A stretch of 42,667 bases of DNA, taken from assembly GCA_027073795.1 (NCBI GenBank), contig JALTEW010000453.1:1-42667 (forward strand). Reading direction: 5' to 3'. Positions 36,832 to 42,667 of the stretch are shown here, piece by piece. The notes under the pieces were generated by a model that was given only the letters and a program-made list of their open reading frames with translations, was not told the DNA's origin and did no database searches. Position 1 is the stretch's first letter. The number at the start of each line of letters is the position of its first letter. Made by a program: the position numbers and the translations under genes. Origin of the DNA: a bacterium. GTDB lineage: Bacteria > Desulfobacterota > S145-22.

Positions 36832-37398
36832 ATGAAACAAATGGGTCATAAGGCAAGACTTGTCACCATCACCGGGATCCTCATTCTCACATTCATGGTC
36901 AGTGTCACCCAAGGTTGGGCAAAACCCCTGCGGAACCGACAACGCATGATGGAAAAAATCGAAACCATCAAGATGTGGAAACTAATGGATGCCCTGGACC
37001 TCGACAGTCAAACCGCTTTGAAGGTCTTCCCCATCATCCGGAAGATCGATAAAAAGCGGCTGGACCTGCGCGCAAAACAGCGGGATCTCCTTGATAAAAT
37101 TGAAAATCTTGTCAAAGAAGGTAAGGGAAACGCCAACAGCCTTGACACCCTTGCCAATCAACTCTTCGATCTAAATGAACAGATCAGCCAACTTCCCCGG
37201 GAAGAATACAGAAGGCTCAAGCCCGTTCTGGCGGAAACACAACTGGCCAGGTACCTCATTTTCCAGAAACGTTTCCGGAAGGAGCTCATCCATCGCTGGA
37301 TGCAGAACAGACGACGCAAACCGGTGCAGGAGCGCTCTGGACCCGGTGTGAGAAGCAGGAACGGACTCATCGTGCAACCTCCACAGCCACAGCCCTGA
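36832..37398 (+). CDS. periplasmic helical protein, Spy/CpxP-like (tentative)
   Basis: 188 aa, with the RBS AGGAGG, a signal peptide and a highly charged helical body with LxxxQ-type repeats. The family assignment is tentative. Confidence 0.5.
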   Translation: MKQMGHKARLVTITGILILTFMVSVTQGWAKPLRNRQRMMEKIETIKMWKLMDALDLDSQTALKVFPIIRKIDKKRLDLRAKQRDLLDKIENLVKEGKGNANSLDTLANQLFDLNEQISQLPREEYRRLKPVLAETQLARYLIFQKRFRKELIHRWMQNRRRKPVQERSGPGVRSRNGLIVQPPQPQP

Positions 37399-37470
37399 TC
37401 CCCTTTTTCGTCTAATCCCCCCACCGCTCCTTCCGCTCGCGCAACTGACAAGCGGGGGACTTTTCCCCAC

Positions 37471-37499
37471 TTGACGATAAATCCTGTATACGCTATATC
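37471..37499 (+). promoter_or_regulatory. sigma70-type promoter candidate (TTGACG-17 nt-TATATC) upstream of the radical SAM gene
   Basis: Hexamers at 37471-37476 and 37494-37499, about 30 nt upstream of the ATG at 37530. Confidence 0.4.
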
Positions 37500-37529
37500 T
37501 CAAACAATAACACAAAGATTCAAATCTTC

Positions 37530-38462
37530 ATGGTAAATAAAAACCGGCAGGTCCAGAACACAATCCCTCCCTCACCTCACCCTTACAAGTTAAGTAACCT
37601 CCGCACCCTCTACCGTCTCACACGGGCATGCGCCATCTGTCCAAGAGAATGCGGCGCGCTGCGGTTATCTGGAAAAACCGGTTTTTGCGGGGTCGGGAGA
37701 CTCCCGGAGGTTTCAAGCCATAATCTCCACTTCGGAGAGGAACCCCCAATCTCAGGCACGCGGGGCTCCGGTACCATCTTTTTTACCCACTGTAACCTCC
37801 GGTGCGTCTTTTGCCAAAACTACCCTATCAGCCATTTAGGACACGGTGAAACCGTCACAGTGAAAAAACTGGCCAACATGATGCTGTCGCTGCAATCACG
37901 GGGGGCTCACAACATCAACCTCGTGACACCCACACCCCATACCGCCCAAATCGCCCACGCCATTGTTATCGCCCGAGGGGAAGGACTCAATATTCCAATC
38001 GTTTACAATACCTCCGGTTATGAACGGGTCGAAACTCTTCGGCTCCTCGAGGGGCTGGTGGATATCTATATGCCGGATATCAAATTTGCCACAAGGGAAA
38101 CAGGACGCGTTTACGCCCAGGCCCCGGACTATTTCGAGGTTGCCCGGAAAGCGGTCAGGGAAATGCACCGCCAGGTGGGAACCCTGACAATAGACCGGCA
38201 CGGAATCGCCTTCCGGGGATTGCTCATACGGCACCTCATCCTTCCCGGCCACCTGAACGAAACGAAAACCATCCTCCACTTCATCGCGGAGGAGTTTCCA
38301 CCCAACACATACATTAGCCTGATGAGCCAGTACTTCCCTGCCTACCGATCACACGAATTTCCCAACCTGTCCAGATACCTCTCAAAACCGGAGTACGAAA
38401 AGGCAAAGGGATATCTGAAAATGTTTCACTTGGAAACGGGGTGGCTCCAGGAAATGAAGTGA
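37530..38462 (+). CDS. radical SAM protein (pyruvate formate-lyase-activase-like, PflX type)
   Basis: 310 aa with the CNLRCVFCQN (CxxxCxxC) motif and an upstream Cys cluster CAICPRECG...FCG. Confidence 0.85.
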   Translation: MVNKNRQVQNTIPPSPHPYKLSNLRTLYRLTRACAICPRECGALRLSGKTGFCGVGRLPEVSSHNLHFGEEPPISGTRGSGTIFFTHCNLRCVFCQNYPISHLGHGETVTVKKLANMMLSLQSRGAHNINLVTPTPHTAQIAHAIVIARGEGLNIPIVYNTSGYERVETLRLLEGLVDIYMPDIKFATRETGRVYAQAPDYFEVARKAVREMHRQVGTLTIDRHGIAFRGLLIRHLILPGHLNETKTILHFIAEEFPPNTYISLMSQYFPAYRSHEFPNLSRYLSKPEYEKAKGYLKMFHLETGWLQEMK

Positions 38463-39229
38463 AGATCCGGCTCAATCTTCACGCTTTCTATAAGCAAATC
38501 CTCAAGGGAAACAACCCGTAACTGCCCGGCAAGAATCGCCTTTTCCTTCCTTGTTATGTATCTGAAAAGGAGACGCACTCCTCTTTTTTCGTTCCCGTTC
38601 CCGTGCACAAGGATAATGGAACCGTTTCGGACACGCTGACCCTTGGCAAGCCAGGCATCCGCTCCAAGGGCGACAAATCCCATCCCTCCCAACTGCTTCA
38701 GGCGGACGGAATTGAAAACCAATCCGGGGAAACGAAAGAAAGGGGTGTTGAAAATCCCGTTCCGCCGCATGCATGCCGCCTGGTTCTCAACCTCTCCGGT
38801 GAAATCAACCCTTGGGTTGACAAGAAATCCCCCCCTTACCGGATGCGTATCGGAGTGATTGACCCACGAAATGGAAAGTTCCCCCTCCTTGTTCCACTGA
38901 ATCATCTGTTTCAAGGCCTTGGGATACCGTTGCATCCACCGCCCGCTCACCGCGACTGCAATGGGAAGGGGGGTATGAAGCATCTTTCCCAGCGCCACGA
39001 GCCTTTCAAAGAGTGGCAGGTTCCAGAGTTTTGTCGAGGGGCAGAGGTCAATACTGATAGCGATGGCCTCGGGGGATAACCTGCGACTCCCATGATTCAA
39101 AATCCCCCGCCCTTCGCGGATCCGCTGAATGACACTCTGAAGTGTGACATCTGGCGACTGCCCCCGGGCCTGCGAGGGGATAAAAACAGCCATTAGAAAC
39201 ATCAGAAACCATCCAGTGAGACCCGTCAT
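38426..39229 (-). CDS. polysaccharide deacetylase (NodB-like) family protein, secreted
   Basis: It has a signal-peptide-like N-terminus (MTGLTGWFLMFLMAVFIPSQARG), DLCPS, WVNHSDTHP and RFPGL motifs. The start is ambiguous: ATG 39229 has a GAGG upstream, and ATG 39271 would add a basic n-region. Confidence 0.65.
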   Translation of the reverse strand: MTGLTGWFLMFLMAVFIPSQARGQSPDVTLQSVIQRIREGRGILNHGSRRLSPEAIAISIDLCPSTKLWNLPLFERLVALGKMLHTPLPIAVAVSGRWMQRYPKALKQMIQWNKEGELSISWVNHSDTHPVRGGFLVNPRVDFTGEVENQAACMRRNGIFNTPFFRFPGLVFNSVRLKQLGGMGFVALGADAWLAKGQRVRNGSIILVHGNGNEKRGVRLLFRYITRKEKAILAGQLRVVSLEDLLIESVKIEPDLHFISWSHPVSK

Positions 39230-39270
39230 AAAATGAATACCTCGCAATTCGGCCCTCCTCTTTCCCCGCA

Positions 39271-39298
39271 TTGACAAGTTAGATTGTTGGTATATTAT
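39271..39298 (+). promoter_or_regulatory. sigma70-type promoter candidate (TTGACA-16 nt-TATTAT) upstream of pmbA
   Basis: The hexamers lie about 30 nt upstream of the GTG start at 39331, which is itself preceded by AAGGAGG. Confidence 0.4.
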
Positions 39299-39330
39299 CT
39301 GACAGTGTACCTTAAAGCAAGGAGGCATCC

Positions 39331-40686
39331 GTGAAAATAGCCGGCGTAAAGGATCCCATAGGGCAGGTGAAGGAAACGATCAAATCCCTCACCCAGGCAC
39401 CGTTCGAAATCTTTTATGTAAGAAAAAATAACGAGATCATTGAATCAAAAAACGAAACCGTTGACGGATACGAAACCGCGGTAACAGAAGGGATTTCAAT
39501 TCGTATCCTCGATACTCGAAGAATAGGGTTTGGCTTCAGCACCCGTCTTGATACCGAGGGAATCCAAAAAATGGTTCGTCAAACGCTAGAAAGCCTCAAG
39601 GTCTCCGCTGAGGACCCGGCCTATGGCTTCCTGGACCCCTCAGTCCCTTACCCCTCACTCTCCCTCCATGACCCGTCCCTTCTCTCCCTGACAGCGGATC
39701 AAAAGAAGGATTCCACTATCACTATTGAACACGCGGCTCGGTCTTTTGACCCCCGGATTAAACAAATAAGAAACGCCCAAGTCACCATCCAGGAAGCTAC
39801 CGTCAGGCTGTATAATTCTCTGGGCCTGGACCGCAGCTATACCGTCACCGGTATCTCGGCAAACATCATGCTGACAGCGGAGGATGGGAATGGCTCGGAG
39901 TATGGGTGGGAATCGGTCAGCAGTCATTTTCTTGATGACATTCCCTTCGGGGAAATCGGAAATCGCGCCGCCGAAAAGGCTATTACCCGACTTGGCGGCA
40001 GACCGGTCCAAAGCGGTCAATACCCTGCCATCCTCGATCAGGAGGTTGTAGCGGAAATTGTTGGACTGCTTGCCCCCTCGTTCACAGGCGAAAATCTCTA
40101 CAAGGGCAAATCGGCCCTCAAAGGTAAGGAGGGACAGACCGCCTTCTCCCGCCACCTTACCCTGTATGACGGGCTTCTCTTCGAGGATGGCATGGCCGCC
40201 GCTCCCTTCGACGGAGAGGGGGAACCCGGCCGGAAAACGCCTCTCATCGACCATGGTATCGTAGCAGGGTTTCTGTTTGATCACTATTACGGTAGGAAAT
40301 CAGGAAAACCCAGCACTGCCAACTGTGTCCGTTCGGGCATCTCCGTCCCGCCCACCTGCGGGACCACCAACCTTGTTGTCTCCCCGGGGACATCCTCGTT
40401 CAGGGAAATAGCGGCGGGACTTTCAAAAGGGTTTTTTATCCAGGAACTGATGGGGGTTCATACGGCCAATCCCATCACGGGGGATTTTTCCCTGGGCGCC
40501 TCCGGACAATGGATAGAAAACGGTGAGCTCTCCTACCCTGTGCGGGGGGTGGCCGTTTCCGGAAACTTATTTGAGATTCTCAAGCGTGTCGAGGCAGTCA
40601 GCCGGGAGGTCAGATGGTTCGGAACAATCGGAACCCCGCATCTCCTGATTGAATCGCTGACGGTCGCTGGGGCTTGGCGGGTTTAA
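39331..40686 (+). CDS. pmbA: TldD/PmbA-family metalloprotease
   Basis: 451 aa with a GTG start. Family-typical length and C-terminal pattern (NPITGDFSLGASGQWIENGEL). Confidence 0.88.
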   Translation: MKIAGVKDPIGQVKETIKSLTQAPFEIFYVRKNNEIIESKNETVDGYETAVTEGISIRILDTRRIGFGFSTRLDTEGIQKMVRQTLESLKVSAEDPAYGFLDPSVPYPSLSLHDPSLLSLTADQKKDSTITIEHAARSFDPRIKQIRNAQVTIQEATVRLYNSLGLDRSYTVTGISANIMLTAEDGNGSEYGWESVSSHFLDDIPFGEIGNRAAEKAITRLGGRPVQSGQYPAILDQEVVAEIVGLLAPSFTGENLYKGKSALKGKEGQTAFSRHLTLYDGLLFEDGMAAAPFDGEGEPGRKTPLIDHGIVAGFLFDHYYGRKSGKPSTANCVRSGISVPPTCGTTNLVVSPGTSSFREIAAGLSKGFFIQELMGVHTANPITGDFSLGASGQWIENGELSYPVRGVAVSGNLFEILKRVEAVSREVRWFGTIGTPHLLIESLTVAGAWRV

Positions 40687-42461
40687 CGTCCAAAAATTTT
40701 CTCAAGATCTTTGAGCGTCAGAAAATATATAAAGGAACGTCCATGTGGACAGCTCAGGGGAACCGATTCACGCGTGATCTGGTCTAGAAGGCTATAAGCC
40801 TCTGGAATGGTCACCTCATCCTGCCCCCGACTTGCGCTGTGACATGCAATCGTTGCCAGGAACTTATCCGCCTTTTCCGATAAGCCCTCCATATCAGAGA
40901 CCTCGGAAAACTCCTGCAGAAGCTCTCTGATGAGAGATTCCGCCTCCTCTTGTCGCACCCACTGGGGGAGAGAAACCACCCGCAGGGTCCCCTCACCAAA
41001 GGGTTCCAAAACGACTCCCATCCTCTTCAGGTAAGGTCCCGTGACCTCAACCATCTGCGCCTCTCCCCTGTCTACGGACAGCACAACGGGAAAAAGACAG
41101 CGCTGGGTGGGAACGTAATCCTTATAGGTACGCTTGAGGCGTTCAAAGATCAACCGTTCATGTGCTGCATGCTTGTCGACAATAAAAATACCATCCGAAA
41201 AGGCACCCACAATGTAGGTATTGGAAACGACACCCAGCACTCGGTATTCACTCGGAATCACGGAAGACCTGGCAGAAAAAGCGGCCGATGGAGGTAACGG
41301 TGGCCCTTCCACTTTGTATGACGGTGCATATGGTTCTGATACTGCAAAGGGAAAACGAAACAACATGCCTTTAACATCACTCCTGAAACCTGATTCTGTC
41401 GGGTCCTGGGCAACTTCACGGTCGACCGGTTCACTCGTAAACATCTGTTCCATGGCCGCCTGCACCGGATTGGGCCGGGTAGAAAGACAAGCCGCTATAG
41501 TTTTCTGTATCCAGCCAAGCATTTCATATTCATCAGAGAGACGAACCTCAAATTTTGAGGGGTGGACGTTAACATCCACTAAATTCGGGGGTAAATCCAG
41601 GCAGAGAACCCCATCCGGGATAAACCCCTTTGGTGCAACGGCATGGTAGGCACTTAAAACGGCCCGGAGTATCTTGCGATCGGTTATCCACCGACGGTTC
41701 AGGAAAAAGAAGATTCCCCGACCGCGCGCGCGGACAAAAGGAGGAATGGCAACCATCCCCCACAGGCGCGCACCATGATGGCGTGCTTCGACCGGGGTCA
41801 TGGGCTGATCCAGAACGTCTTTCCATATGTGGACCATGCGTTCCTCAACCCCGGAAACGGGTGGAATATTCAGGATGCGTCGGCCATCCTGAACAACCTC
41901 CACCTGGACGTTAAGATTAATCAGGCTCAGGGCATAAAGGGTTCTGAAGAGGTGAAACCCCTCCGTCTTGTCCGATTTCATAAAGCGCCGGCGCGCCGGC
42001 GTATTGAAAAAGATATTCCGGACCTGGATCACGGTACCCGGCGCCATGCCGCACTCCTTCACCTGGCGGATCACTCCCCCGTCAAGGGTAACCTCCGTGC
42101 CTGACGCATCTTCCGGACGCTGGGTTCGAATCACCATGCGTGACACGGCGGCGATACTCGGCAGGGCCTCCCCGCGAAAGCCCAGGGTTGTCACGCGAAA
42201 GATATCCTGCTCGTCCCGGATCTTGCTCGTAGCATGCCGTTCGATACACAGCAGCGCATCCGTGCGGGACATCCCCTCCCCGTCATCCTCCACCTCCAAG
42301 AGACGCTTCCCCATTCGCTCCAGGCGAACGACAATCCGGTGTGCCCCAGCGTCCAGGGAGTTTTCGACAAGTTCCTTCAGCACGGAAGCGGGACGCTGCA
42401 CCACCTCGCCCGCCGCGATCTTGTGGATAACAGCATCGTCTAACAGGTGGATGCGTGCCAT
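40683..42461 (-). CDS. mutL: DNA mismatch repair protein MutL
   Basis: 592 aa with the GHKL ATPase N-terminus IAAGEVVQRPASVLKELVENSLDAGA and GFRGEALPSI. The C-terminal dimerisation domain carries a DKHAAHERLIFE-type endonuclease motif. Confidence 0.95.
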   Translation of the reverse strand: MARIHLLDDAVIHKIAAGEVVQRPASVLKELVENSLDAGAHRIVVRLERMGKRLLEVEDDGEGMSRTDALLCIERHATSKIRDEQDIFRVTTLGFRGEALPSIAAVSRMVIRTQRPEDASGTEVTLDGGVIRQVKECGMAPGTVIQVRNIFFNTPARRRFMKSDKTEGFHLFRTLYALSLINLNVQVEVVQDGRRILNIPPVSGVEERMVHIWKDVLDQPMTPVEARHHGARLWGMVAIPPFVRARGRGIFFFLNRRWITDRKILRAVLSAYHAVAPKGFIPDGVLCLDLPPNLVDVNVHPSKFEVRLSDEYEMLGWIQKTIAACLSTRPNPVQAAMEQMFTSEPVDREVAQDPTESGFRSDVKGMLFRFPFAVSEPYAPSYKVEGPPLPPSAAFSARSSVIPSEYRVLGVVSNTYIVGAFSDGIFIVDKHAAHERLIFERLKRTYKDYVPTQRCLFPVVLSVDRGEAQMVEVTGPYLKRMGVVLEPFGEGTLRVVSLPQWVRQEEAESLIRELLQEFSEVSDMEGLSEKADKFLATIACHSASRGQDEVTIPEAYSLLDQITRESVPLSCPHGRSFIYFLTLKDLEKIFGR

Positions 42462-42667
42462 GACAGGTAGGGTATCAAGGGAATATTGAATAGTAAAGGG
42501 TAAAAAAGGTTAAAGGTGAAGGCAAAATGTGAAATGTAAACGCACCAAGATGGGTTGGGCGGAAGATCAGAAAATTGCTGACTTCCAAAACTGACCCCTC
42601 TTTCATCTGGTTCTATCGATTCCATCCGCGCAAACCAGCAAAGATCATCCTCCGGCCCTGACCTTCG

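Noticed and set aside
39655-40284. 209-aa ORF antisense to pmbA
   Set aside because: It is a shadow ORF inside the TldD/PmbA coding region.
41968-42489. 173-aa ORF antisense to the mutL N-terminus
   Set aside because: It lies opposite the GHKL ATPase motifs of mutL and is Arg/Ser-rich. It is a shadow ORF.
42440-42625. 61-aa ORF upstream of mutL
   Set aside because: It has no RBS and a hydrophobic, odd composition, and it overlaps the mutL start region. It is probably a non-coding leader or promoter region. The last 50 nt of the window could be the 3' end of an upstream minus-strand gene, but that stretch is too short to call.

Overview
This 42.7 kb window is a chromosomal segment from a diderm, probably anaerobic bacterium. 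The diderm call rests on the Lpt/KdsD LPS genes. The anaerobe call is an inference from the UbiD/UbiA pair, HprK and the orp-like genes, pointing to a Desulfobacterota/Nitrospirota-like organism. About three quarters of the window is densely packed housekeeping. In order: dxr-cdsA-uppS (minus), initiator tRNA-Met, lepB, and apgM-pyrG-kdsD-lptC-lptA-lptB-rpoN-hpf-ptsN-hprK-rapZ-EIIA(Man)-HPr. These are followed by metK-ahcY, a UbiD/UbiA-type decarboxylase/prenyltransferase pair, an NMT1/SsuABC-type ABC transporter, trmFO, a lipase-like hydrolase and der. The right end holds tRNA-Phe, a radical SAM enzyme, a polysaccharide deacetylase, pmbA and mutL. The stand-out region is 28.4-36.5 kb. It holds a co-directional minus-strand cluster: MerR-type regulator, MBL-fold hydrolase, an unlisted 58-aa Cys protein, Mrp/NBP35 ATPase and a nitroreductase-fold protein. 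These are followed by three NifX/NifB-C-terminal-like proteins (one with a GMGMGR-repeat/coiled-coil tail), a DUF5320-like Gly/Tyr/Arg-rich protein and two MinD-type ATPases with inserted 2x[4Fe-4S] ferredoxin modules. A cupin lies just upstream, and a divergent CDF metal transporter is fused to a fourth NifX-like domain. The core resembles the poorly understood, anaerobe-specific orange protein (ORP) complex locus of Desulfovibrio. Regulation, gene order and several components differ, so I regard it as an expanded, functionally undescribed metal/metallocluster-handling system. A second point of interest is a decayed integrative element next to the initiator tRNA, consisting of an integrase pseudogene and a degenerate copy of the tRNA 3' half. 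I saw no CRISPR array, rRNA or intact mobile element.
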